A stretch of DNA of 64,000 nt, from the NCBI GenBank assembly GCA_965198115.1, contig OZ240241.1, forward strand, positions 5,280,001 through 5,344,000. The letters run 5' to 3'. Shown here in pieces: positions 22,152 to 31,255 of this stretch (the first letter of the stretch is position 1; each line of letters begins with the position of its first letter). A program made the translations under genes and the position numbers. The notes beneath the pieces are model-generated. The model was not told the DNA's origin, made no database searches, and saw nothing but the letters and a program-made list of their open reading frames with translations. The DNA is from Candidatus Latescibacterota bacterium. GTDB taxonomy: Bacteria; Latescibacterota; UBA2968.

Positions 22152-23525
22152 GAGCTATAATCAAAAGGTGTGGAAAAAGAGAAAGGGCGACCCTACCCTT
22201 CCCGTGAGATAGTTGATTCACACAAAACCGGGTGAGAGGCCCGGTTGGGAAGGAGGATCGCCGTGAAGGAACATACGCATAGAGCCCCATTGAAGTCCAT
22301 GCCGACGTGGGAGACGGTTGACGATTGGATCCGTGAAGAGATCCAGGGCCGGTTCCAGTCCATTCTGGAGGAGGAGGCGACCGCGTTCTTGGGCCGGTCG
22401 TGGTATGAGCGCCGAGCCGAGGTCGATAGCTCCACGGGCTACAGGAACGGCTACGGCAAGCCCCGGCGTCTCTCGACGAGCTGCGGAACGATCAAGGTCC
22501 GGCGTCCCCGGGTTCGTGGTCTGGAAGAGCGGTTTGAAAGCCGCATCCTCCCCCTGTTCGCCCGGAGAACCAGGGCCATTGGAGATCTGCTTCCCGACCT
22601 TTATCTCCACGGTCTCTCCCAGGGCGACTTCGAGTTGTCTTTGCGTGCGCTGCTCGGTGATGGCGCGCCGCTTTCGCCGACCTCGATCGCTCGTCTTCGA
22701 GGGAAGTGGGAGGTCGACTTCCAGGACTGGAAAGAAAGGCGTCTGGATAATCGCGAACTGGTCTACGCCTGGGCTGATGGCATCTACGTCAAAGCCGGGC
22801 TCGAGCGCGAGAAGGCGTGTCTGCTGGTCGTGATCGGCGCGATGAGCGACGGCAGCAAGGAGATCCTGGCGATAGAACCCGGTTATCGAGAGTCTACAGA
22901 ATCCTGGCTCACGGTGCTACGGGATCTCCGGGATCGCGGGCTCGAACATCCTGTCCTGATCGCCGCGGACGGGAATATGGGCATCTGGGCGGCCGTTGAT
23001 CAGGTCTGGCCAGAGAGCCGGCAACAACGGTGCTGGAACCACAAGATCCTCAACGTGCTCGACAAGGTCGCCAAGCGTGCACAGGCTGAAGCCCGCGCAC
23101 TGCTCGTCCAGATCCCCTATGCCGGCACGAAAAAGGAGGCCGAGAAGCTCCGGAAACGCTTTGCCGCACGGTATCGCTCACAGTTCCCTGCCGCCGTGGA
23201 GACGCTCGAAAGAGACTGGGATCGGATGGTCACGTTCTACGACTTCCCGAAGGAACACTGGAAACACCTGAGAACCACGAACGTCGTCGAGAGCCCCTTT
23301 GCTTCCGTTCGGCTTCGCACAAACGCCGCCAGGCGATTCAAGAAAGTCAGGAACGCCACGGCTCTCATCTGGCGTACGCTCAAGGTCGCAGAGAGCCGAT
23401 TCAGGAAACTCACCGCGCCACACTTGCTACAACAAGTCTACGATCAGAAACACTCAACCGAACCGCAGGTCGAAGCCGGGAAGATGGCCGCCTGATTTCT
23501 TTTACACACCTATTGACCTGAGCTC
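22152..23525 (+). mobile_element. IS256-family insertion sequence with 8-bp TSD GCTCCATC
   Basis: Imperfect TIRs gagctataatcaaaaggtgtg / cacacctattgacctgagctc. GCTCCATC occurs at 22144-22151 and 23526-23533. Confidence 0.95.
22263..23495 (+). CDS. IS256 family DDE transposase
   Basis: YRNGY, WADG, ADG, QRCWNH, RTTNVVES. GTG start after AGGAGG. Confidence 0.95.
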   Translation: MKEHTHRAPLKSMPTWETVDDWIREEIQGRFQSILEEEATAFLGRSWYERRAEVDSSTGYRNGYGKPRRLSTSCGTIKVRRPRVRGLEERFESRILPLFARRTRAIGDLLPDLYLHGLSQGDFELSLRALLGDGAPLSPTSIARLRGKWEVDFQDWKERRLDNRELVYAWADGIYVKAGLEREKACLLVVIGAMSDGSKEILAIEPGYRESTESWLTVLRDLRDRGLEHPVLIAADGNMGIWAAVDQVWPESRQQRCWNHKILNVLDKVAKRAQAEARALLVQIPYAGTKKEAEKLRKRFAARYRSQFPAAVETLERDWDRMVTFYDFPKEHWKHLRTTNVVESPFASVRLRTNAARRFKKVRNATALIWRTLKVAESRFRKLTAPHLLQQVYDQKHSTEPQVEAGKMAA

Positions 23526-23580
23526 GCTCCATCCCCCCAGAATCACAACAGAAACTAAGATCTAACCATATGCGGGACGC

Positions 23581-24387
23581 GTGAGCGGACAAAGAGCATC
23601 CACAAAGCATTGGGACCCGAACCAGTACCATAAATTCTCGAACCATCGACTTCGTCCGGCGCTTGAGTTACTCGACCGGATACCGGTCGATGCACCGGAA
23701 CTGGTTTACGACCTCGGCTGTGGCACAGGGAACATCACGCGTCTCATTGTCGAGCGATGGCCGGACGCAACGGTCATCGGGGTCGACAACTCACGCGAGA
23801 TGCTCGACAAGGCCGGCGCCGAAGACGGACGCGTCGATTGGCAACTGGACGACATCCACACCTGGACGCCGGACGCACCGCCAGACCTGATCTATTCTAA
23901 CGCGACCCTCCAATGGGTAGAGGACCATCAGACTCAGTTCCCTCGCCTCGCCGGATTCCTGAAACCCGCTCGTGCACTTGCTGTTCAGATGCCGCTGAGC
24001 TGGGGCATGCCGTCACACATTCTGATGCGAGAGACCTTGGCTCGCGGTGGCTCGAACGGCCAGGGGTTCGGGACGGAGGAACTCCGGAAGCTCACGGGGC
24101 GAAAGTGGGTCGAAGACGCCGACGTTTACTACGACCTTCTGACGGATCGAACCAGCCATCTCGATATCTGGGAAACAGAGTATCTGCAGATCCTCGACGG
24201 GGAGGATCCCGTGCTCGAATGGGTCAAGGGAACCGGACTCCGCCCTATTCTCGAAGGTCTGGCGGATGCGGAGAGAGAGGCCTTTCTTGAGGTCTATCGC
24301 GACCGTCTGAGGGAAGCCTATCCGCGAAGAGCGGATGGTCGAACCCTCTATCCGTTCCGCCGGCTGTTCATCGTAGCGACCTTCTAA
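23581..24387 (+). CDS. tam: Trans-aconitate 2-methyltransferase-like SAM methyltransferase
   Basis: WDPNQY..F...RLRP, DLGCGTG, SNATLQW, WVKGTGLRP, YPFRRLFIVA. Confidence 0.85.
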   Translation: MSGQRASTKHWDPNQYHKFSNHRLRPALELLDRIPVDAPELVYDLGCGTGNITRLIVERWPDATVIGVDNSREMLDKAGAEDGRVDWQLDDIHTWTPDAPPDLIYSNATLQWVEDHQTQFPRLAGFLKPARALAVQMPLSWGMPSHILMRETLARGGSNGQGFGTEELRKLTGRKWVEDADVYYDLLTDRTSHLDIWETEYLQILDGEDPVLEWVKGTGLRPILEGLADAEREAFLEVYRDRLREAYPRRADGRTLYPFRRLFIVATF

Positions 24388-24411
24388 TTCGAGGACCCCA
24401 AGGAGAACCGC

Positions 24412-25398
24412 ATGTCCCCAGTCGTCCTGATCGCTGCCCGCCACAACCCCGAACTCGAAAAGATCCTCGACGACGTTCCCGAAGAAACGGAGCTCCGACT
24501 TCTGCCCGTTGAAGAAGCCATACCCACGAACGAAGGTCGCATGGTCGGGAAGGCCGCCAGGCTGAGAGATCATCTGCCCGGGGTCGAGGTTGTTTTCGGT
24601 GGGGTCCGCGAACAGGACTTTACGTTCGCAGATTCGCTCAAATGGATACACCAGCCCTCGATCGGAGTCGAAGGTCACATGTATCCAGCTCTTAAAGAGA
24701 GCGACGTCATCCTCACCAACTGCAAGGGTTTGGGCAGTACACAGCTTTCCGAACAGGCCTTCGCCCTGCTACTCTCCCTCACGCGCAAAACGCGCGAACA
24801 GCACGACTTCAACAAGGAAAAGACCTGGAAGCGCATCGACTGCTTCGAACTCTCCGGGAGCACCGTCGGCATCGTCGGACTCGGCGGGGTAGGGAAAGCG
24901 ATCGCCCTGCGCGCACACGCCTTCGGCTGCAAAGTGCTCGCGGTCGACATCGAAGACGTCGAGAAGCCCGACTACGTCGAGCGCGTCGAGAAGCCCGAGT
25001 GGCTCGGCGAGATGGCTTCACAGTGCGACGTCCTCTTCTCCGCAGTCCCTTCGACCCCTGTGAGCCACAAGATGATCGACGGCGACGCCTTCGGCCGGAT
25101 GAAGCCGACCAGCTACTTCATCAACGTCAGCCGAGGCAAACCTGTCGACGAGGAAGCCCTCATAGAAGCCCTCAGGGCCAACCGGCTGGCGGGAGCTGGG
25201 CTCGACGTCACCTACATCGAGCCGTGTCCACAGGACAGTCCACTCTGGGACCTTCCGAACGTCCTCCTCAGCTCCCACAGCGCCGGCGCCTCTCAGTATG
25301 TCAGACCGAGGGCGCTCAAGTTCTTCGTTGAAAATCTGCACCGATACGTCAAAGGCGAGCCCCTGGAGAAAGTCGTCGACAAACACAAAGGCTACTGA
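24412..25398 (+). CDS. D-2-hydroxyacid dehydrogenase, copy 1
   Basis: GLGGVG, NVSRG, GAGLDV..EP, SHSAG (Arg/Glu/His triad). Confidence 0.93.
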   Translation: MSPVVLIAARHNPELEKILDDVPEETELRLLPVEEAIPTNEGRMVGKAARLRDHLPGVEVVFGGVREQDFTFADSLKWIHQPSIGVEGHMYPALKESDVILTNCKGLGSTQLSEQAFALLLSLTRKTREQHDFNKEKTWKRIDCFELSGSTVGIVGLGGVGKAIALRAHAFGCKVLAVDIEDVEKPDYVERVEKPEWLGEMASQCDVLFSAVPSTPVSHKMIDGDAFGRMKPTSYFINVSRGKPVDEEALIEALRANRLAGAGLDVTYIEPCPQDSPLWDLPNVLLSSHSAGASQYVRPRALKFFVENLHRYVKGEPLEKVVDKHKGY

Positions 25399-25402
25399 GG
25401 CC

Positions 25403-25496
25403 AACACCGAATGTCCAACACCGAACGCCCAATGACGAAATATCCTTCGGTGTTCGACATTGGGTGTTCGACATTGGGCGTTCGACATTCGGAGTT
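25403..25496. repeat. Inverted heptamer tandem arrays
   Basis: aacaccg aatgtcc aacaccg aacgccc aatgacg / ttcggtg ttcgaca ttgggtg ttcgaca ttgggcg ttcgaca ttcggag. Confidence 0.85.
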
Positions 25497-25540
25497 CAGC
25501 TTTCGAAGCAAAGCAGATTGCCCCGAAAGGGGAAAAAACC

Positions 25541-25654
25541 GTCACCCCGGTACGCTTCTTAGCCGGGGCCCCATTCTCTTCGCTCACTGCTCTACATTCG
25601 AGCGACAGGCTTCGCAAGAGTTAGAATGGATCCCGGCTCGAACGCCGAGATGAC
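25541..25654. repeat. Palindromic doublet element, same family as 15283-15385
   Basis: gtcaccccggtacgcttcttagccggggcccattct ... agaatggatcccggctcgaacgccgagatgac. Confidence 0.75.
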
Positions 25655-25738
25655 AACCAGTAGTCGGTTGTCGCACAACAAAGCCCAAATGCTCGATTCT
25701 CGATATTCGATTTTCAATGCCCCATTGAGGTTTACACA

Positions 25739-26725
25739 ATGTCTGTCGTCGTCCTGATCGCCGCGCGTCACAACCCCGAGCTCGAAGAAATCCTGAACGA
25801 CGTGCCCAAAGGCACAGATCTCCGATTTCTCCCGATGGAAAAGGCCATTCCCACCAACGAGGGACGCATGGTGGGGCAAGCAGCAAATCTGAGAGATCAC
25901 ATCTCGGGCGTCGAAGTCGTCTACGGCGCCGTCGGCGAAAAGGACTTTCCCTATGCCGATTCGCTCAAATGGATTCAGCAGACAGGAATCGGGGCCGAAG
26001 GTCACATGTACCCGGCCCTCAAAGAGAGCGACGTCATCCTCACCAACTGCAAAGGTCTGGGCAGCACCCAACTCTCCGAGCAGGGCTTCGCTCTACTTCT
26101 GTCTCTCACACGCAAAACGCGTGAACAGCACGATTTCAACAAGCAGAAGACCTGGAAGCGCATCGACTGTTTCGAGCTTTCTGGAAGCACTGTCGGCATC
26201 GTCGGACTGGGTGGTGTAGGAAAAGCGATTGCGCTCCGGGCCCACGCTTTCGGCTGCAAAGTCCTGGCCGTGGACATCGAAGACGTCGAGAAGCCCGATT
26301 ACGTCGAGCGTGTCGAGAAGCCTGAGTGGCTTGGCGAGATGGCGTCCCAGTGCGACGTCCTCTTCTGTGCCGTCCCTTCGACCCCTGAGAGTCACAAGAT
26401 GATCCACGGAGACGTCTTCGGCCGCATGAAGCCCTCCAGCTATTTCATCAACGTCAGTCGAGGCAAACCCGTCGACGAGGAAGCCCTCATAGAAGCCCTC
26501 AGGGCCAACCGGTTGGCGGGAGCTGGGCTCGACGTCACCTACATCGAGCCTTGCCCGCCGGAAAGTCCTTTGTGGGACCTCCCGAACGTCCTCCTCAGTT
26601 CGCACAGCGCCGGCGCATCGCAATACGTCAGACCGAGGGCTCTCAAGTTCTTCGTCGAGAACCTCCATCGCTACGTCAAAGGTGAACCGTTGGAAAAAGT
26701 CGTCGACAAGCAGAAGGGCTACTGA
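25739..26725 (+). CDS. D-2-hydroxyacid dehydrogenase, copy 2
   Basis: Near-identical to copy 1; same motifs. Confidence 0.93.
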   Translation: MSVVVLIAARHNPELEEILNDVPKGTDLRFLPMEKAIPTNEGRMVGQAANLRDHISGVEVVYGAVGEKDFPYADSLKWIQQTGIGAEGHMYPALKESDVILTNCKGLGSTQLSEQGFALLLSLTRKTREQHDFNKQKTWKRIDCFELSGSTVGIVGLGGVGKAIALRAHAFGCKVLAVDIEDVEKPDYVERVEKPEWLGEMASQCDVLFCAVPSTPESHKMIHGDVFGRMKPSSYFINVSRGKPVDEEALIEALRANRLAGAGLDVTYIEPCPPESPLWDLPNVLLSSHSAGASQYVRPRALKFFVENLHRYVKGEPLEKVVDKQKGY

Positions 26726-26776
26726 GCACCCAATCTTCGATACTCAATTCTCGATGTTCGATCCCAAGGAATCGCA

Positions 26777-27757
26777 ATGGTCGTCCTGATCGCGGCGCGC
26801 CACATCCAGGAGCTGGAAGAAATCCTGAATGACGTGCCCAAGAGCACCGAAGTCCGGTATCTCCCGATGGAAAAGGCTATTCCCACCAACGAGGGACGCT
26901 TGTTGGGGGAAGCCACGAATTTGCGAGATCACATCTCGGGGGTCGAGGTCGTTTTTGGATCGGTTGGCCAGAAGGACTTCCCCTATGCCGATTCGCTGAG
27001 GTGGATTCAACAGATCGGCATCGGCGTCGAAGGTCATATGTATCCCGCCCTCAAAGAGAGCGACGTCATCCTGACCAACTGTAAAGGCCTGATGAGCACA
27101 CAGCTCTCCGAACAGTCCTTTGCCTTGCTTCTGACTCTCACGCGTTGTACTCGAGAGCAGCACGACTTCATGAAAGAGAAAACCTGGAAGCGGATCGACT
27201 GTTTCGAGCTCTCAGGGAGTACGGTGGGCATCGTCGGGTTGGGCGGGGTTGGAAGGGCCGTGGCACAGAGAGCACACGCTTTCGGTTGCCGGGTGTTGGC
27301 CGTGGACATCGAAGACGCTGAAAAGCCCGACTACGTCGAGCGCGTCGGAAAACCCGGTTGGCTGGGTGAGATGGCCTCTCAGTGTGACGTCCTCTTCTCT
27401 TGCGTCCCCTCCACACCCGAGAGCCACAAGATGATCGATGGAGACGCCTTCGGTCGAATGAAGCCCTCCAGTTATTTTATCAACGTCAGCCGGGGCAAAG
27501 TCGTCGACGAAGAAGCCCTCATCGAGGCCCTCCGGGCCGGCCGACTCGCGGGCGCCGGTTTGGACGTCACCTATATCGAGCCTTGTCCACCCGAGAGCCC
27601 CCTGTGGGAACTTCCCAACGTCATCCTCAGCTCCCACAGCGCCTCCGCGTCTCAGTACGTCAGACCCAAAGTGCTGAAGTTCTTCGTCGAGAACCTCCAT
27701 CGCTATGTCAAAAGCGAGCCGTTGGAAAGAGTCGTCGACAAACAGAAGGGATTTTGA
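26777..27757 (+). CDS. D-2-hydroxyacid dehydrogenase, copy 3
   Basis: Same motifs; highly similar to copies 1 and 2. Confidence 0.93.
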   Translation: MVVLIAARHIQELEEILNDVPKSTEVRYLPMEKAIPTNEGRLLGEATNLRDHISGVEVVFGSVGQKDFPYADSLRWIQQIGIGVEGHMYPALKESDVILTNCKGLMSTQLSEQSFALLLTLTRCTREQHDFMKEKTWKRIDCFELSGSTVGIVGLGGVGRAVAQRAHAFGCRVLAVDIEDAEKPDYVERVGKPGWLGEMASQCDVLFSCVPSTPESHKMIDGDAFGRMKPSSYFINVSRGKVVDEEALIEALRAGRLAGAGLDVTYIEPCPPESPLWELPNVILSSHSASASQYVRPKVLKFFVENLHRYVKSEPLERVVDKQKGF

Positions 27758-27764
27758 AGAGACG

Positions 27765-27850
27765 AATGTCCAACATCGAACACCGAACGTCCAATATCGA
27801 ATGGCCAAATCCTTCGGCGTTCGACATTGGGGCGTTGGATATTCGGAGTT
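27765..27850. repeat. Inverted heptamer tandem arrays, second copy
   Basis: aatgtcc aacatcg aacaccg aacgtcc aatatcg aatggcc / ttcggcg ttcgaca .. ttggata ttcggag. Confidence 0.85.
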
Positions 27851-27886
27851 TCGATCTCAGCCTGATCCATCTTTCGAGGATAAACA

Positions 27887-28828
27887 ATGCCAAAAGTCCT
27901 GATCGCTACCCGAGGCCCAGACGCATTGAAGGACGAATTGCACGACCTTCCCGATGGCGTCGACCTCCACGTTCAAGCGGCCGACGACCCTTATGGAAAT
28001 CAGCTCGAAGAGGCCGAGGTCCTGTGGGGTGTGCTTACCGAGGAGGGTTTTCCACGCGCCAAGTCGCTAAAGTGGGTTCATCAGCCGGGCATCGGCGTTG
28101 AACGGCACATGTACCCCGCCTTCAAGGAAAGTGACGTCGTCCTCACGAACTGCAAAGGGATGGCTGGCACGCAGATCCCCGAACACGCTTTTGCCCTTCT
28201 CTTCGCCCTCACGCGTCGAATCCTCGATCAGCACGATTTCATGAAGGAAAAACACTGGGAGCGCATTCCGTGCTTCGAAATGGCTGGAAAGACGATGGGG
28301 ATTGTCGCTCTCGGCAGCATCGGAACCGGCCTGGCTTACAGAGCGCACGCGTTCGGCATGCGTGTTCTCGCAGTCGATCCGGAACCGATCGAAAAACCCG
28401 ATTTCGTCGAACGCCTGGAGAAGCCCGAGTGGATTGGCGAAATGATGTCCCAATGTGACGTCGTCGTCTCCTGCTGCCCCATCACGCCGGAGAGCCACCG
28501 CGTCGTATCCGCCGACGCCATTGGCCGCATGAAACCCAACAGCTACTTTGTAAACATCAGCCGCGGCAAAGTCGTCGACGAAGAAGCGCTCATCCACGCG
28601 CTCCAATCGGGACGTATCGCCGGCGCCGGACTCGACGTCACCTACGAGGAGCCGCTGCCCGAAGACAGTCCGCTCTGGGACCTCCCGAACGTCATCCTCA
28701 CATCCCACAGTGCCGGCGCCTCCGACCAGGGGCTGCCGAGATCGGTCGATCTCTTCGTCGACAACCTGAATCGATACGTTAAAGGTGAGCCCCTCAGGAA
28801 TGTCGTCGACAAAGAGAAAGGCTACTGA
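27887..28828 (+). CDS. D-2-hydroxyacid dehydrogenase, copy 4 (more diverged)
   Basis: ALGSIG, NISRG, LDVTYEEP, SHSAG. Confidence 0.93.
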   Translation: MPKVLIATRGPDALKDELHDLPDGVDLHVQAADDPYGNQLEEAEVLWGVLTEEGFPRAKSLKWVHQPGIGVERHMYPAFKESDVVLTNCKGMAGTQIPEHAFALLFALTRRILDQHDFMKEKHWERIPCFEMAGKTMGIVALGSIGTGLAYRAHAFGMRVLAVDPEPIEKPDFVERLEKPEWIGEMMSQCDVVVSCCPITPESHRVVSADAIGRMKPNSYFVNISRGKVVDEEALIHALQSGRIAGAGLDVTYEEPLPEDSPLWDLPNVILTSHSAGASDQGLPRSVDLFVDNLNRYVKGEPLRNVVDKEKGY

Positions 28829-28856
28829 CGGAAACTCACTCCGGAGGGATTGCTCA

Positions 28857-30001
28857 ATGACCGAACACATCACTCGTAGAGCGTTTCTGTCGAAATCGAG
28901 TTCCGGGATCGGTGCCGGTGTCGCCGCTGCCCTGCTTGCTCGAGAGGCGGCGGGAGCGACGGGTTCTCGAAAAGGACCGCACGATTTCACGATCGTTCGG
29001 GGGCACCTGGACATCTGGGAATTCAACGATCGATTCCGACTGACGCCGGACGCCGAAACCGCACCTCTCAGAGATCACTTGCTGCCAAGACTCATCGAGG
29101 GAGGCGTCGATGTCGCCATCATCCCGGCGGGTGGCGATTCGGTACCGGAAAGGGGTGGGAGAGACAGACTGTTCATGGGGTCGATGAGTGTCGTCGACAT
29201 GCTGCTGACGGAGATCGAGAAGACCGACGGCAAAGCCTCCCTCATCCTGAAGAAGTCGGACATTCCCACGGGACCGTGCTCGGTGGCGAGACCCGGATCT
29301 TTCTGGATATGGAGGGCGGCGCGTCCATCGAGATCGATCCCGAGCCAGCCTACCACTCGGACCGACGGCTGGCCCTCCTGCGGAATTTTTACCGGCTGGG
29401 CGTTCGCGGGCTGCAGCTGACGCACCACGGCAGAAATCGACTGGGCGACGGCTGGTGGGAAGGAAAGATGTCGGGCAAACTGTCGAAGTTCGGCGTAGAG
29501 GTCGTTCAGGAGATGAACCGTCTTGGGATGATGATCGGCGTCTCGCACCTAGCCGCGACGGGGATCTTCCACGCCGCAGAGGTCTCCACAAAGCCGATCG
29601 TGTCCACGCACACGAATCTCTACAAGTTCGTGGGAACGGACAGACAGCATAATGATGAAGAGGTAAAAGCCATCGCCTCGACAGGTGGTCTGGTCGGGGG
29701 TCGGTATATGAGAGGCGTAACCTTCGAAATGATGGCCGATCAGATCGACCACATCGTCGATCTCGTCGGTGTGGAGCACGTCGGCGTGGGAGTGGTCGGT
29801 CACGACCTCGGTCACCCGTATACAGGCGATCTCCCCGAAGTCAGCGGCAGGACGGGGACGGGGCACGAGTCGGAGACGATTTATCAACATTGGGATCGTT
29901 TCATTAACCTGCTTTACGATCACGGCTATAACGACCAGCAGATCGAACTCATTTTGGGTGGCAACTTCAGAAGAGTCTGGAATGAGGTGTTGTTAGACTG
30001 A
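28857..30001 (+). CDS. Tat-exported membrane dipeptidase-like protein (peptidase M19); frameshift near 29270
   Basis: TRRAFL Tat motif, GHLD, MEGG, LGVRGLQLTH, MNRLGM..VSH, STH, HVGVG. Confidence 0.85.
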
Positions 30002-30086
30002 CGATCGCTGAGACACAACCAAAGCAGCACAAGGCGTGCTGAGTTCAGAATGATCCCAATGTTCAATCTTCATTCTTAAATCTTAC

Positions 30087-31088
30087 ATGAATACGCCTCC
30101 AGAAACCTTCGTCCGCGTTCAGGAAAACCGTCTCCTCGCCTTCGCCACAGCTTGTTTCGAGAAGGCGGGTCTCGAGACAGACCACGCCGCCCTCATCAGC
30201 CGTTTTCTCGTCAACAGCGACCTCCGCGGTGTACGCAGCCACGGGACGCGAACCGTCAACGGCTACTGCAAGAGCTTCGAAGCCGGCAACTGTAATCCAC
30301 ATCCCGACATTCGCGTCATTCACGAAACCCCGACGGCCACTGTGATCGACGCCGATGGTACACTCGGCTATCTACCGATGGCACGCGCAGCCGAACACGC
30401 GATCCGCAAGGCGAAGGAAGTGGGGCTCGGCATCGGGTTGACTCGCCACCACGGCCACATCGGATCGGCCGGGCACTACGCCAGGATGTGCTCCGAAAAC
30501 GGTTGCATCGGATTCGCAGTCCAGGGCAGGCAGGAAGGCCAATCAAAGGGCAACGGCCGCGGAAGGCAGATCGGCTATTTCGGTAACCCTCCTATCTGCT
30601 TCGCCTTCCCGTCGGGCGACGAACCGCCCGTCGTCCTCGATGCAGCGACCTGCATACTCGCCGACTACCAACGCGGCCCTGAATTCGAAGCCATGATGGA
30701 ACAGATTCCCGCCGCCTTCTTCAAAAGCATCGGCTACACGGCAGTCGCCTCTCTCATCGGCGGTGGACTAGCGGGCGCGGGCCTGTCCTCATCCCACAAA
30801 ATGGCTGAGAAATGGTCCGCGACCGGCGCCGGCGGCACCGTGCTCGCGATCCACGTTGACACCGTCGTCCCCGACAATGTCTTCCTGGCAGAAGCCGACG
30901 CGATGGTTCGCGGCATTCGGTCAAATTACGATCCCCTGCCCGGAACGGATCGCGCCCTGTTACCCGGCAACATCGAACACGAGCGAATGGCCATTCATCG
31001 CGCCGAAGGCATCCGCTACGGCGAAATGGAACAGGAAAACGCCCGCGAGCTCAACGAACGCCTCGGCGTGCCATTGCCTTGGGACTGA
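30087..31088 (+). CDS. Ldh_2 family oxidoreductase
   Basis: SDLRGVRSHG, HIGSAGHY, FGNPPICFAFP, VVLDAAT, LLPG. Confidence 0.9.
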   Translation: MNTPPETFVRVQENRLLAFATACFEKAGLETDHAALISRFLVNSDLRGVRSHGTRTVNGYCKSFEAGNCNPHPDIRVIHETPTATVIDADGTLGYLPMARAAEHAIRKAKEVGLGIGLTRHHGHIGSAGHYARMCSENGCIGFAVQGRQEGQSKGNGRGRQIGYFGNPPICFAFPSGDEPPVVLDAATCILADYQRGPEFEAMMEQIPAAFFKSIGYTAVASLIGGGLAGAGLSSSHKMAEKWSATGAGGTVLAIHVDTVVPDNVFLAEADAMVRGIRSNYDPLPGTDRALLPGNIEHERMAIHRAEGIRYGEMEQENARELNERLGVPLPWD

Positions 31089-31110
31089 GCTTGAAATGAT
31101 AATTGTCATT

Positions 31111-31245
31111 GCGCCCACGGGCGGAGCCCAGGGGCGAGCATTGTAGTTTCGGGTTGGCTGGGCCCGGTCCTGACAGATTTCACGAATACCGGACCCCATA
31201 AAAGGTGAAGGCCAGCGCTCGTCCCCGTGCTCTGCACGGGGACGC
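31111..31245 (+). repeat. About 134-bp REP-doublet family A, copy 1
   Basis: Degenerate left hairpin, inner ggcccgg..ccgg stem, right hairpin gtccccgtgctctgcacggggac. Confidence 0.85.
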
Positions 31246-31255
31246 TGAAGGTTTC

